A stretch of DNA of 64,000 nt from an uncultured Clostridium sp. (GCA_900555835.1 USMK01000002.1:10117-74116); one strand, 5' to 3'; shown: positions 19,166 to 29,819, counted from the stretch's first letter. Translations and numbers: made by a program. Notes: generated from the sequence alone by a model not told the origin.

Positions 19166-20599
19166 ATGCGCAAGACGAAGATTGTTTGTACAATAGGACC
19201 TGCTAGTGATAATGAAGAAGTTTTAAGAAAACTTATGCTAGCTGGAATGAATACAGCCAGAATAAATTTTTCACACGGCAGTTTTAAAGAACAGGAAGGA
19301 AAAATAAATAAAATAAAAAAAGTTAGAGAAGAACTTAATTTACCAGTTGCTTTACTTTTGGACACAAAAGGTCCAGAAGTAAGAATTGGCAAATTTGAAG
19401 ATGGAGAAATTTTCTTAAAAGAAGGAGATACTTTTGCTTTGATTCCAGAAGAAATTATGGGAACACAATATGAATTTTCAGTTTCTTACAAAGAACTTTA
19501 CAAAGAAGTTGAACCTGGAGATAAATTACTAATTGATGATGGTTTAATTGAAGTTGAAGTTATAACAATAAAAAATACAAGTGTATATTGCAGGGTAATT
19601 TCAGGAGGTAAATTAACTAACAGAAAAAGTATAAATTTACCAGGTAAAAAATTAAAATTACCTGCAATGACAGATAAAGATAAAGACGATATATTAAATG
19701 GAATAAAAGCAGATTTTGATTATATTGCAGCATCTTTTATAAGAAGTGCAAGTGATGTAAAGGAAATAAGAGCTTTCTTAAAAGAAAATGGTGGAGAAGA
19801 GATAAAAATAATTTCAAAAATCGAAAACCAAGAAGGTGTAGATAATTTTGATGAGATTTTGGATGCATCAGATGGAATAATGGTTGCAAGAGGAGATTTA
19901 AGTGTTGAAATTCCAATGGCAAGAGTTCCAGTCATTCAAAAGGAATTTATAAGAAAAACTTATTTGCAAGGAAAAGTTGTTATAACAGCAACACAGATGC
20001 TTGAATCAATGATAAATAACCCAAGACCAACCAGAGCAGAGGTAAGTGATGTTTCAAATGCAATATATGATGCTACAAGTGCGATAATGCTTTCTGGCGA
20101 AAGCGCAACTGGAAAATATCCTGTTGAATGTGTTGAACTAATGAATGAAATTGCAGGAGAAACCGAAAGTTCTATTAAATATTGGAAAAGATTTTTAGGA
20201 AGAGACTATGATTTAAAGCATAAAGGATATAGATTTAACATATATAATGGAATATGTGTTAGTGCAATGAATCTAAACGCAAAAGCAATACTAGCATATA
20301 CCGTATCTGGTGATACACCAGGAATATTATCAGCATTCTGCCCAACATGCCCAGTATATGCGATTACTGGTAGTGAAAAACTTACAAGGCAATTAAACTT
20401 AGAGTTTAACGTATACCCAATGCTTGAAAAAGGCAAAAAAAATGCAGACCAAATGATACAAAGTGCAATTGAAAAATTATTAGAAGAAGGAAAAGTAGAA
20501 AAAGGGGACACAATAATAATTGCCGGTGGAGCAGCAATATTACCTGAAATGGAAAATTCAGAAATAAACAAAGTAATAGGCGGAATTATAAAATTATAA
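19166..20599 (+). CDS. pyk: Pyruvate kinase
   Basis: MRKTKIVCTIGPAS...NFSHG...MVARGDLSVEIP... Confidence 0.95.
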   Translation: MRKTKIVCTIGPASDNEEVLRKLMLAGMNTARINFSHGSFKEQEGKINKIKKVREELNLPVALLLDTKGPEVRIGKFEDGEIFLKEGDTFALIPEEIMGTQYEFSVSYKELYKEVEPGDKLLIDDGLIEVEVITIKNTSVYCRVISGGKLTNRKSINLPGKKLKLPAMTDKDKDDILNGIKADFDYIAASFIRSASDVKEIRAFLKENGGEEIKIISKIENQEGVDNFDEILDASDGIMVARGDLSVEIPMARVPVIQKEFIRKTYLQGKVVITATQMLESMINNPRPTRAEVSDVSNAIYDATSAIMLSGESATGKYPVECVELMNEIAGETESSIKYWKRFLGRDYDLKHKGYRFNIYNGICVSAMNLNAKAILAYTVSGDTPGILSAFCPTCPVYAITGSEKLTRQLNLEFNVYPMLEKGKKNADQMIQSAIEKLLEEGKVEKGDTIIIAGGAAILPEMENSEINKVIGGIIKL

Positions 20600-20681
20600 T
20601 TCGCCTATTACTTTTCACTCTTATTTCACAAATTAAACATATAAAATAACTATAATAAAAGCGAAAGGAAAGAATTAGAGT

Positions 20682-22676
20682 TTGAAAGATAAGACGAAAA
20701 AAGAATTAAAAGATTTTGGAAATAATTTATTAAATAATCTGCCAAATATAACAGTTTCTGTATTTATTATGTTTACATCAATTGCTATATTTGGAAGTCA
20801 AATAGCAGTACTTGGAGTTTTATTGCTATTTTTTCAAATAATGTATTCACAAACATCATTTAGCAAAATGAAATTTGCAAAAAGTTCTGTATTGATGCTA
20901 TTTGTGGGAATATTTGCAGGGCTTTCTCAACTAAATACGCCATTACTTATAATACTAAATTTTGTAATGCCGTTTGTAATAATAATGCTTTGCTCAGATG
21001 ATTATAATTCAAAAGGCTATTTAGTATATGGACTATTATTTTTATTACTCCAAACAAGTAAAATAAGTTCATTAACTGATATTGGGACAGTTGTATTGGC
21101 ACTTATTTACGGACTAACAATATTGTACATATACAATTATTTAGGCTCAAAAATAAAGAAAAATGAGCCAGAAAAAAGAATAATAGCAACAGCATATGAG
21201 TCAGCGGTAAAAAGGCTAAAAATACTATCAAAGAAAAGGCTAGAAGAAAACACGCCAAACCCATTAAATGGCTTACTTGCAAAAGTAAACAATTTGCTAT
21301 ATATGGAAGTCGCTAAAAAAGCCGAAGTTTTAGGGCAAAAAGAAGAATGTTATTTTCAAAGTGTGTTATTACTAAAAAGAATAGATAAATTAACAAGTTT
21401 AGCATATGAAAAAAGAGAAAGCTTAACAGAAGCAGATTATCAGTATTTTTATAAAGTGGCGAAATTATTTCAATTTGTAAAAGAACAATATACTATGGAA
21501 AGTTTAGAAGAAATTATAAAAATGCTAGACACATTTATTACAAACAATAGCTTATCAGATTCTAGTATGACATATGACTGGAATTATACTATAAAAAAAC
21601 TAAAATACATTTTGAAAAAGGCACAAGAGCCAAAAGAAAACATTTCTATTAAAGAATATGTACATTTAAGAATTCAAAAATTAAAGAATAATTTTAATTT
21701 AGATACAGTTCAAATGCGATTTGCAATAAAAACATCATTAGTTGTAGGAATAGGCACAATTTTAGAACATTTTGTTATGGTTGAAACAGGTTTTGCAAAT
21801 GCTTACTGGATTCCAATTACATCATATACATTGATGATGCAATTCCATGAGGATCAAAAGAAAAAAATGAAAAACTATATAATAGGAAGTGTAATTGGTA
21901 CATTTGTATTTACACTAATTTTCCAATATGTACCACAATCTGCAACACTAATATTTATGATTATTGCATATGCGATAATGTTTTCAGTAAAAAATGATAT
22001 TGCAAAAGCCGTTATAGGTGGACAGTTGGTGCTTGTTATGTCATATCCGATTTATGGAAAATTGGAAGTAATGATTGTAAGAATTATCCTTGTATTATTT
22101 GCAGCACTTATCGCATGGTTTATAGATAAATTTGTACTATATACAGATAATTTGCATGGATTAATAAACAAAGTAAATCATATGCTAAGAGTAGACAGAA
22201 GCATACTAAAAGAACTAAAAAGAGCTATCAATACAAAAAATGCTAAGTTTAATTATATTAGTGAACTACTTTTAGAATCTTGCTTATTAGAAAGCTTGAT
22301 AATAAAACACGAAAAAGAACAAAAATACTACACAGACCCATATTTAGCCAAATCAGTAATACAATATCATAGAAATTTTATATTAAGTAGTGAACAGCTA
22401 ATAAATATATTCAAAACAAAAGACAAAGACGAAATAGAACACAGCAAAGAATATCTAAAATACATAGAAGAAATGGACTACATATTAAACATAACCCAAA
22501 ACAACTGGGAAAGCATCTATAACGACAGCAAAAAGGCCAAGAAATTAGACAAAAGGCCACCACGCCAAATAACAGAAGATACCCCATATTTAACAAAACA
22601 CATGATGCTTTGCATAAAAAATATAGAGAAAATTTATCATGCTTTGGATGAAGATAGAAAGAGGATACAAAAATAG
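20682..22676 (+). CDS. Large polytopic membrane protein, FUSC/ArAE-like putative efflux protein
   Basis: 664 aa, TTG start. Two hydrophobic blocks are separated and followed by charged helical regions. The family call rests on architecture only. Confidence 0.4.
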   Translation: MKDKTKKELKDFGNNLLNNLPNITVSVFIMFTSIAIFGSQIAVLGVLLLFFQIMYSQTSFSKMKFAKSSVLMLFVGIFAGLSQLNTPLLIILNFVMPFVIIMLCSDDYNSKGYLVYGLLFLLLQTSKISSLTDIGTVVLALIYGLTILYIYNYLGSKIKKNEPEKRIIATAYESAVKRLKILSKKRLEENTPNPLNGLLAKVNNLLYMEVAKKAEVLGQKEECYFQSVLLLKRIDKLTSLAYEKRESLTEADYQYFYKVAKLFQFVKEQYTMESLEEIIKMLDTFITNNSLSDSSMTYDWNYTIKKLKYILKKAQEPKENISIKEYVHLRIQKLKNNFNLDTVQMRFAIKTSLVVGIGTILEHFVMVETGFANAYWIPITSYTLMMQFHEDQKKKMKNYIIGSVIGTFVFTLIFQYVPQSATLIFMIIAYAIMFSVKNDIAKAVIGGQLVLVMSYPIYGKLEVMIVRIILVLFAALIAWFIDKFVLYTDNLHGLINKVNHMLRVDRSILKELKRAINTKNAKFNYISELLLESCLLESLIIKHEKEQKYYTDPYLAKSVIQYHRNFILSSEQLINIFKTKDKDEIEHSKEYLKYIEEMDYILNITQNNWESIYNDSKKAKKLDKRPPRQITEDTPYLTKHMMLCIKNIEKIYHALDEDRKRIQK

Positions 22677-22750
22677 CAGATATACTGCTATTTTTGTATT
22701 TTGTAATAAGTATTTTAAACAAAATATGCCACTCATTAAGCAAACAACTG

Positions 22751-22779
22751 TTTACAAATATAGAACAAAATGATATAAT
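22751..22779 (+). promoter_or_regulatory. Sigma-A type promoter of the Y-family polymerase operon
   Basis: TTTACA (22751-22756), 17 nt, TATAAT (22774-22779). Confidence 0.55.
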
Positions 22780-22808
22780 ACTTATGAAATCTTCATAGGA
22801 GGTGGAGT

Positions 22809-24299
22809 ATGCAAGAACAGAGTATATTTGTGGCGATTGATTTGAAAAGCTTTTATGCTTCGGTAGAGTGTAGGGAACGAGGGCTAAATCCTTTAACAAC
22901 AAATTTGGTGGTTGCAGATAGTAGCAGAACAGAAAAGACGATTTGCCTTGCTGTTAGTCCATCTTTAAAACAGTATGGAATACCTGGAAGAACAAGATTA
23001 TTTGAGGTTATACAGAAGGTGAAGGAAGTAAATACTAATAGAAAATTTAAGGCACCAGGGCGTATTTTTAATGGAAAATCATTTGAAGATACAGAACTAA
23101 AAAAACATCCAGAATACGAATTGGATTATATTATAGCTGTACCTCAAATGAACAAATATATGAAATATAGTACAGATATATATAATATATATTTAGAATA
23201 TTTTTCACCAGAAGATATTTATGTGTACTCAATTGACGAAGTGTTTATTGATGTTACACATTATTTAAAAAAATACAAAATGAAGGCAAGCAAACTTGCA
23301 ACTAAAATTATTCAAGAAGTTTATCAAAGAACCGGAATTACAGGAACTTGTGGAGTTGGAACAAATTTGTACTTGGCAAAAGTTGCTATGGATATTGTTG
23401 CAAAACATGCTACCGCAAATAAATATGGAGTAAGAATTGCTTGCTTGGATGAAGATATGTATAAACATCAATTATGGGAACACAAACCAATCACCGATTT
23501 TTGGAGAGTTGGAAAAGGAATTTCAAAAAAATTAGAGAAAAATGGTATGTATACTATGGGAGATGTAGCAAAGTGTTCTATTTACAATGAAGATAAGTTA
23601 TTCAAGCTGTTTGGAATAAATGCAGAATTGTTAATTGACCATGCGTGGGGATATGAACCTTGTACTATGAAAAGCATAAAATCATATGTCCCAGCTACAA
23701 ATAGCATAAGCTCTGGCCAAGTGTTACATTGTCCATATGATTATGAAAAAACCAAGCTGATTGTAAAAGAAATGACAGAGGTTCTCACATTAGAATTAGT
23801 GGATAAACAGCTAGTAACGGATCAATTGGTACTAGATATTGGATACGATGTAGACAATCTAAAAAATAAAAACATTCTATATTCAGGAGAAACTACAATT
23901 GATAGATATGGCAGAAGTGTGCCTAAACATGCACATGGTACTGAAAATTTAGATCATAAGACATCTTCAACTAAAATAATAATAGAAGCTGTAACAAAAC
24001 TATATGATAGAATAATTGATAAAAAACTGCTTACAAGAAGGATTACTGTGACTGCCAATAATGTGGTGAATGAGGAACAGGTGCAAAACGAGAATGATTT
24101 TGAACAAATAAATTTATTTGTAAATTATGCAGAAAAAGAGCGCAAAGCTAGAAAAGAACAAAAAGAAAAAGAACTTCAAAAATCAATATTGGATATAAAG
24201 AAAAAATATGGAAAAAATGCGGTTTTAAAAGGAATGAATTTTGAAGAAGGCGGAACAATGAGAGAAAGAAATGAACAGGTAGGAGGTCATAAAGGATAA
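22809..24299 (+). CDS. Y-family (translesion) DNA polymerase, UvrX/ImpB-like
   Basis: FVAIDLKSFYASVEC...SIDEVFIDVT... motifs; 496 aa. Confidence 0.85.
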   Translation: MQEQSIFVAIDLKSFYASVECRERGLNPLTTNLVVADSSRTEKTICLAVSPSLKQYGIPGRTRLFEVIQKVKEVNTNRKFKAPGRIFNGKSFEDTELKKHPEYELDYIIAVPQMNKYMKYSTDIYNIYLEYFSPEDIYVYSIDEVFIDVTHYLKKYKMKASKLATKIIQEVYQRTGITGTCGVGTNLYLAKVAMDIVAKHATANKYGVRIACLDEDMYKHQLWEHKPITDFWRVGKGISKKLEKNGMYTMGDVAKCSIYNEDKLFKLFGINAELLIDHAWGYEPCTMKSIKSYVPATNSISSGQVLHCPYDYEKTKLIVKEMTEVLTLELVDKQLVTDQLVLDIGYDVDNLKNKNILYSGETTIDRYGRSVPKHAHGTENLDHKTSSTKIIIEAVTKLYDRIIDKKLLTRRITVTANNVVNEEQVQNENDFEQINLFVNYAEKERKARKEQKEKELQKSILDIKKKYGKNAVLKGMNFEEGGTMRERNEQVGGHKG

Positions 24300-24463
24300 T
24301 GGGAAAATATGACGATATTATAAATTTATCAAGGCCAGAATCAAAACACCAAAAAATGAGCTTATATCAGAGGTCAGCACAGTTTGCACCATTTGCAGCA
24401 TTGAATGGATATGAAGGACAAATTCAGGAAACTGCACATCGCAATCAGGAAATGTATAAGTAA
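24299..24463 (+). CDS. Mini YolD-like protein (54 aa), translationally coupled to the polymerase gene
   Basis: Its ATG overlaps the polymerase TAA (TAATG). It contains QFAPFAALNGYE, resembling the W-x-PFA-x-L motif of YolD-like UmuD surrogates. It is missing from the ORF track because it is under 60 aa. Confidence 0.45.
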   Translation: MGKYDDIINLSRPESKHQKMSLYQRSAQFAPFAALNGYEGQIQETAHRNQEMYK

Positions 24464-24466
24464 GAT

Positions 24467-24512
24467 AATCCAAGTGCTAATAAATTTAAGTTCATTAGCA
24501 CTTGGATTTTAT
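24467..24512. terminator. Bidirectional intrinsic terminator
   Basis: 15-bp stem AATCCAAGTGCTAAT (24467-24481) / ATTAGCACTTGGATT (24494-24508) followed by a T-run. Confidence 0.8.
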
Positions 24513-24518
24513 AAAAAT

Positions 24519-25725
24519 TTATCTAAATAAATTAAACCATAAATTATATACATATGTAGTCATATTCCAAAATGCAATTTTCTCTATACTTTTTTCTGCA
24601 ACAAGATTTACTTTAATCGAACTGCTGTCTGGAAATGTGAATGTGGCTTCTCCTAAAACATCACCTTGTGATATTGGAGCAGAAATGTTTTCTGATATTG
24701 TTATTTCTTGTGATACATCTTTGCCAGTTCCTTTTTTTATCAGTCTGCCGAACATCTTTTTCTAAAACTAGATTAACTGTTTTTTCAATCCCTTTATTTA
24801 CAGTCACTTCACTTACAACATCTCCTTTGTTTCCTAGATTTGTATAAGAAAAGTTGGAAAATCCGTAATCCAAAAGCTTTTGCGCTTCTTTGAATCTTAT
24901 TGCACTTGTAGGTGCTTTCATAATAACTCCAATTAGTGATAAATCACCTCTGGTTGCGCTTGCTGATAAATTATATAGTGCAAGTGAGGTCGAACCTGTT
25001 TTTAATCCTGTTGCACCAGTATATGTTCTTAATAATTTGTTGGTATTTACCAAAGAAGATTTACCGTCTCTTAAACTATCCATCCATATTGTAGTGTAAT
25101 TTGTTATGCTTGGGTGATTATTCAAAAGTTCGCGAGACATCAAGCTTATGTCATATGCTGATGTAACATGGCCATCTTCGTCAATCCCATGACAGTTTTT
25201 AAAACAGGTATCATTCATACCAAGGCTTTTAGCTTTTGCGTTCATTTGATCAACAAATGCAGACTCGTTTCCGGCAAGGTATTCTGCCATAGCCATTGTA
25301 CAGTCATTTGCAGATACCACGCAAATTGCTTTTAGCATTTCGTTTACAGTAAGTTCTTCACGCACATCTAACCAAATCTGGGAACCACCCATTGCGGCTG
25401 CATTCTCGCTACAAGGAATTTTATCTTCTAATGATAACCTGCCAGAATCCAATGCTTCCATTATAAGTAAAATTGTCATAACCTTTGTTACACTTGCAGG
25501 TCTTAACTGTTCGTGAGCGTTATATTCATATAAAACTTCGCCACTTTTTTGGTCAATCAAAATAGCTGCACCAGATTCCAACTTTAAATCAACACTTTCC
25601 GTGGTACTTGCCATAACACTATCGTCAGACCAAATATAATCACTAGCAGCAATAGAAAAAGGCTGGAAAATCAACAAAGAAACAACAAACATAGCCAGAA
25701 CTAAATTTATCTTTTTACTAAACAT
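24519..25725 (-). CDS. dacF: D-alanyl-D-alanine carboxypeptidase (DacF/DacB type, S11), interrupted; needs a +1 frame change at CGG (plus-strand CCG 24748-24750) to give 401 aa
   Basis: Start 25725 after AGGAGG, followed by a signal peptide. SVTK, SAND and KTGST motifs are present. The C-terminal domain continues only in the +1 frame (GRLIKKGTGKDVSQEITISENISAPISQGDVLGEATF). Confidence 0.85.
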
Positions 25726-25854
25726 TTTATTCCTCCTAAAATAGATATTTTTATAAATAATATGATTGCTCGAATGAAAAAATTCTTCCAATATCATATA
25801 CAAAAAATAATTTATATAGTATAATAATTCAAGAAAATTTTTAGGAGGGTATAT

Positions 25855-26742
25855 ATGAAAAACTTGATTGATTCGTTTAGAGGTTTTTGTATGGCTTTGG
25901 CAGATAGTGTGCCAGGAGTTTCTGGTGGAACTGTGGCTTTTATTCTTGGATTTTATGATAAATTTATAAATTCATTAAATAATGTAATATCTGGAAGTAA
26001 AGAAGAAAGAATAGATGCTATAAAATTTTTAGCTAAATTATTAGCTGGCTGGGCAGTTGGAATGATTCTTGCAGTATTATTTTTATCTTCTACATTCGAA
26101 AGTCATATATATGCAGTTAGTTCTTTATTTTTGGGCTTTATAATATTTGCTATACCAGTAATTATTAAAGAAGAAAAGGAAAGCTTGGTAGGAAAATACA
26201 AATACCTAATATTTACTGTTATTGGAATTGCAATAGTTGCAGCCATTACATACTTTAATCCAATTTCTGGCTCTGGGACAAGTGTTGATGTAAATAGCTT
26301 GAATTTTGGACTTATAGTATATATTTTTGTATGTGCTATGATAGCAATATCTGCAATGGTATTGCCAGGTATATCTGGTTCTACATTACTTTTAATATTT
26401 GGACTATACATACCAATAATAAATGCAATAAAAGAATTTTTGCATTTGAATTTAAACTATTTACCAGTTTTAATTATATTTGGACTAGGAGTAATTACAG
26501 GGATTTTATTAGTAATAAAATTGATAAAAATGGCATTAGAAAAATTTAGACCACAAACAATTTATCTAATTATTGGTCTTATGATTGGCTCACTATATGC
26601 AATTGTAATGGGACCAACAACATTAGAAGTTCCACAAGACCCAATGAGTATAGGAACATTTAGTATTATTTTCTTTGCAATAGGTGGAGCTATAATATTT
26701 GGACTTCAAAAATTAAAAGATGTTTTAGAGAAAAAAGAATAA
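25855..26742 (+). CDS. DUF368 family membrane protein (PopT-like candidate undecaprenyl-phosphate translocase)
   Basis: MALADSVPGVSGGTVAFILGFYDKF and a second PGISGSTLLLIFG repeat, typical of DUF368. Confidence 0.8.
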   Translation: MKNLIDSFRGFCMALADSVPGVSGGTVAFILGFYDKFINSLNNVISGSKEERIDAIKFLAKLLAGWAVGMILAVLFLSSTFESHIYAVSSLFLGFIIFAIPVIIKEEKESLVGKYKYLIFTVIGIAIVAAITYFNPISGSGTSVDVNSLNFGLIVYIFVCAMIAISAMVLPGISGSTLLLIFGLYIPIINAIKEFLHLNLNYLPVLIIFGLGVITGILLVIKLIKMALEKFRPQTIYLIIGLMIGSLYAIVMGPTTLEVPQDPMSIGTFSIIFFAIGGAIIFGLQKLKDVLEKKE

Positions 26743-26771
26743 AAATATTCTTCAAAAACCTCTGATTACAC

Positions 26772-26800
26772 TTGACAAATTTTGAAAAAACTTGTATACT
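26772..26800 (+). promoter_or_regulatory. Sigma-A type promoter upstream of rpmF
   Basis: TTGACA (26772-26777), 17 nt, TATACT (26795-26800). Confidence 0.55.
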
Positions 26801-26872
26801 TTTAAATAGTTTACGGAGTAAGTATGATTATTTACATATAGAATAAGACTAGATGGCGAGGGGGGAATTTAA

Positions 26873-27055
26873 ATGGCACAACCAAAAAGAAGATGGTCAA
26901 AGGCTAGAACAGGAGCAAAAAGATCTACTTGGAAATTAGAAAATCAAAATTTAGCTACTTGCAAACATTGCCACGAACCAGTGTTACAACACAGAGTTTG
27001 TCCTAATTGCGGATATTACGATGGCAAAGAAGTAGTAGCAAAAAAAGCCGAATAG
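26873..27055 (+). CDS. rpmF: 50S ribosomal protein L32
   Basis: MAQPKRRWSKARTGAKR...CKHCHEPVLQHRVCPNCGYY. Confidence 0.95.
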   Translation: MAQPKRRWSKARTGAKRSTWKLENQNLATCKHCHEPVLQHRVCPNCGYYDGKEVVAKKAE

Positions 27056-27141
27056 GCATACCACATACTTGGTTCAAGGAATAATTACACAACTTGTACT
27101 AGGTTTATGGCATATTATAAAAATAGGAGGTGTACTACAAA

Positions 27142-27405
27142 ATGACAAAGGAAAGAAAGCAAGAAATTATCAATACTTATAAAAGAGAAGAAAACGATAC
27201 TGGATCACCAGAAGTTCAAATCGCTCTTTTAACAGAAAGAATCAATGAATTAACAGAACACTTAAAAGTTCATAAAAAAGATAATCATTCTAGAAGAGGT
27301 CTTTTAAAAATGGTTGGTAAAAGAAGAAACTTACTAAACTACTTAGCAAAAAAAGACATCGAAAGATACAGAACAATAGCTCAAAAATTATCTTTAAGAA
27401 AATAA
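27142..27405 (+). CDS. rpsO: 30S ribosomal protein S15
   Basis: ATG 27142 after AGGAGG; ...[37 protein letters not shown]... Confidence 0.95.
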   Translation: MTKERKQEIINTYKREENDTGSPEVQIALLTERINELTEHLKVHKKDNHSRRGLLKMVGKRRNLLNYLAKKDIERYRTIAQKLSLRK

Positions 27406-27412
27406 ATTTTGT

Positions 27413-27445
27413 AACAGGACAGACGCTTTTTAGCTCTGTCCTGTT
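27413..27445 (+). terminator. Intrinsic terminator/attenuator after rpsO
   Basis: Stem AACAGGACAGA (27413-27423) / TCTGTCCTGTT (27435-27445). Confidence 0.65.
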
Positions 27446-27574
27446 CGAAATTCTATAAAACATTTAGTTTATGGATTTAAGTAGCTTGCACTAAGTATTT
27501 TTTAGTAAAGTATTTAGTAGAGGTTACTGAGGCCAAAACTAAATGTATAAATATTAAATTATTTGGAGGTAAAT

Positions 27575-29695
27575 ATGTTTAAATCGTATACTATGGAGTT
27601 AGCTGGAAGACCACTAACAATTGAAACAGGAAAAATGGCAGGACTTGCTAATGGAAGTTGCTTAGTAAAATATGGAGATACAGCTGTTTTGGTAAATGTA
27701 ACAGCTTCAAAAGAACCAAGAGATGGGATTGATTTCTTCCCATTATCAGTAGATTATGAAGAAAGAATGTATGCAGTTGGAAAAATACCAGGAAGTTTCC
27801 AAAAAAGAGAGGGAAAACCAAGTGAAAAGGCTATTTTAACGTCAAGAGTTATTGATAGACCAATTAGACCTTTATTCCCAAAAGATTTTAGAAATGATGT
27901 TTGCGTATCAGCACTTGTTTTATCTGTTGACCAAGATCATTCACCAGAAATATGTGCAATGATCGGTTCTTCTGCTGCACTTAGCATTTCAGATATTCCA
28001 TTTGGTGGACCAACAGGTTCTGTAAATGTTGGATATGTTGATGGAAAAATAGTAATAAATCCAACAGAAGAACAAAGAAAAAATAGCAAATTACGTCTAA
28101 CTGTTGCAGGAACAATGGACAAGATTGCCATGATAGAAGCAGGAGCTGACGAAATATCTGATGATGTAATGCTAGAAGCTATAAAAATGGCTCATGTTGA
28201 AATTAAAAAAATATGTGAATTTATTTCTACAATGAAAGCAGAAATTGGAAAAGAAAAATTTGAATACAAATCTTTTTCGGTTGACGAAGGAATATATAAT
28301 GAAATAGAGGAAAAATTTAAAAGTAGAATGTATATAGATGTACAAGCTACTGAAAAACAAGAAAGAGATGAAAATATGCAAAAATTTACAGAAGATGTAA
28401 TGGCATATTTTACAGAAAAATTAAGTGAAGAAGAGCTAGAAGAAAAGAAAACAGATATTATAGACTCTATTTATAAATTAGAGAAAAAATGCGTAAGAGA
28501 AATGATATACAAAGAGCATAAAAGACCAGATGGAAGAGAAATAGACGAAATAAGACCATTATCTTGTGAAGTTGGAGTATTACCTCGTACACATGGAAGT
28601 GCTTTATTTACAAGAGGTCAAACACAAGTATTATCTATTGCAACACTAGGAATGACAAGTGAAGCTCAAATGCTTGATGGATTAGACAATGAAACAGAAA
28701 AAAGATATATTCACCATTATAACTTCCCAGGATACAGCACAGGAGAAGCAAAATCTTCAAAAAGTCCAGGGAGAAGAGAAATAGGACATGGAGCTTTGGC
28801 TGAAAAAGCCTTAGAACCAGTAATACCATCAGTAGAAGAATTCCCTTATGCAATAAGAGTTGTTTCGGAAGTTTTAAGCTCAAATGGTTCTACATCACAA
28901 GCTAGTGTTTGTGGAAGTACATTAGCACTTATGGACGCAGGAGTTCCATTAAAAGCACCAGTTGCAGGAATTTCTACTGGATTAGTAACAGACCCAGAAG
29001 ATTCAAATAAATATATTATGTTAACAGACATTCAAGGGCTAGAAGATTTCTTTGGAGATATGGATTTTAAAGTTGCTGGAACAAAAAACGGAATTACAGC
29101 AATTCAAGTTGATATAAAAGTAGAAGGATTATCTTATGAAATAATAGAAGAAGCATTTGCAAGAACTCATAAAGCAAGAAACTATATATTAGACGAAGTA
29201 ATGCTAAAACAAATAGCCGAACCAAGAAGTAATATTTCTAGATATGCTCCTAAAATTATAAATTTTAAAATAAACCCTGAAAAAATAAAAGATGTTATAG
29301 GCTCAGGAGGAAAAACAATAAATAAAATAATTGCTGAAACAGGAGTAAAGATAGATATAGAAGAAGATGGAACAGTCTTTATTTATGCACAAGAATCTGA
29401 AAATGCAAAAAAAGCACAAGAAATAATAGATGGAATAGCAAGAGATATAGAAGTTGGTGGAATATATCTAGGAACTGTAACAAGAATAATGAATTTCGGT
29501 GCATTTGTAGACATTGGAGGAGGAAAAGAAGGATTACTTCATATCTCTAAAATTTCAAAAGAAAGAGTAGAAAAAGTTGAAGATGTACTAAAAGTAGGAG
29601 ACAAAATTACAGTAAAAGTATATGAAATTGACCATCAAGGCAGAGTAAATTTAACAAGAAAAGACCTTGAAGAAACAAAAGCAGAGAAAGAATAG
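27575..29695 (+). CDS. pnp: Polyribonucleotide nucleotidyltransferase (PNPase)
   Basis: ATG 27575 after GGAGG. Two RNase PH domains, FFGDMDFKVAGT, and C-terminal KH and S1 domains. Confidence 0.95.
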   Translation: MFKSYTMELAGRPLTIETGKMAGLANGSCLVKYGDTAVLVNVTASKEPRDGIDFFPLSVDYEERMYAVGKIPGSFQKREGKPSEKAILTSRVIDRPIRPLFPKDFRNDVCVSALVLSVDQDHSPEICAMIGSSAALSISDIPFGGPTGSVNVGYVDGKIVINPTEEQRKNSKLRLTVAGTMDKIAMIEAGADEISDDVMLEAIKMAHVEIKKICEFISTMKAEIGKEKFEYKSFSVDEGIYNEIEEKFKSRMYIDVQATEKQERDENMQKFTEDVMAYFTEKLSEEELEEKKTDIIDSIYKLEKKCVREMIYKEHKRPDGREIDEIRPLSCEVGVLPRTHGSALFTRGQTQVLSIATLGMTSEAQMLDGLDNETEKRYIHHYNFPGYSTGEAKSSKSPGRREIGHGALAEKALEPVIPSVEEFPYAIRVVSEVLSSNGSTSQASVCGSTLALMDAGVPLKAPVAGISTGLVTDPEDSNKYIMLTDIQGLEDFFGDMDFKVAGTKNGITAIQVDIKVEGLSYEIIEEAFARTHKARNYILDEVMLKQIAEPRSNISRYAPKIINFKINPEKIKDVIGSGGKTINKIIAETGVKIDIEEDGTVFIYAQESENAKKAQEIIDGIARDIEVGGIYLGTVTRIMNFGAFVDIGGGKEGLLHISKISKERVEKVEDVLKVGDKITVKVYEIDHQGRVNLTRKDLEETKAEKE

Positions 29696-29747
29696 AAAAA
29701 AATTTTTTACACCTTGGACAAATTTTACTAAAAAATTCGCTAAGGTG

Positions 29748-29776
29748 TTGAATTTTTATAAAATATGGAATATAAT
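29748..29776 (+). promoter_or_regulatory. Sigma-A type promoter
   Basis: TTGAAT (29748-29753), 17 nt, TATAAT (29771-29776). Confidence 0.5.
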
Positions 29777-29819
29777 ATTAAGTGATGTAATAAAATAAAT
29801 AGAAAGAAAAGAGGTTAAA

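Noticed and set aside
22757-22775. Possible LexA (Cheo) box in the Y-family polymerase promoter.
   Set aside because: Only one GAAC half-site is present (AGAACAAAATGATA). The second GTTC half is missing, so I do not annotate an SOS operator.
22411-22902. 163-aa minus-strand ORF spanning the intergenic region upstream of the polymerase gene.
   Set aside because: It overlaps the 3' end of the 20682 gene, a terminator, a promoter and the start of the polymerase gene. The translation is Cys/Leu/Phe-rich low-complexity sequence.
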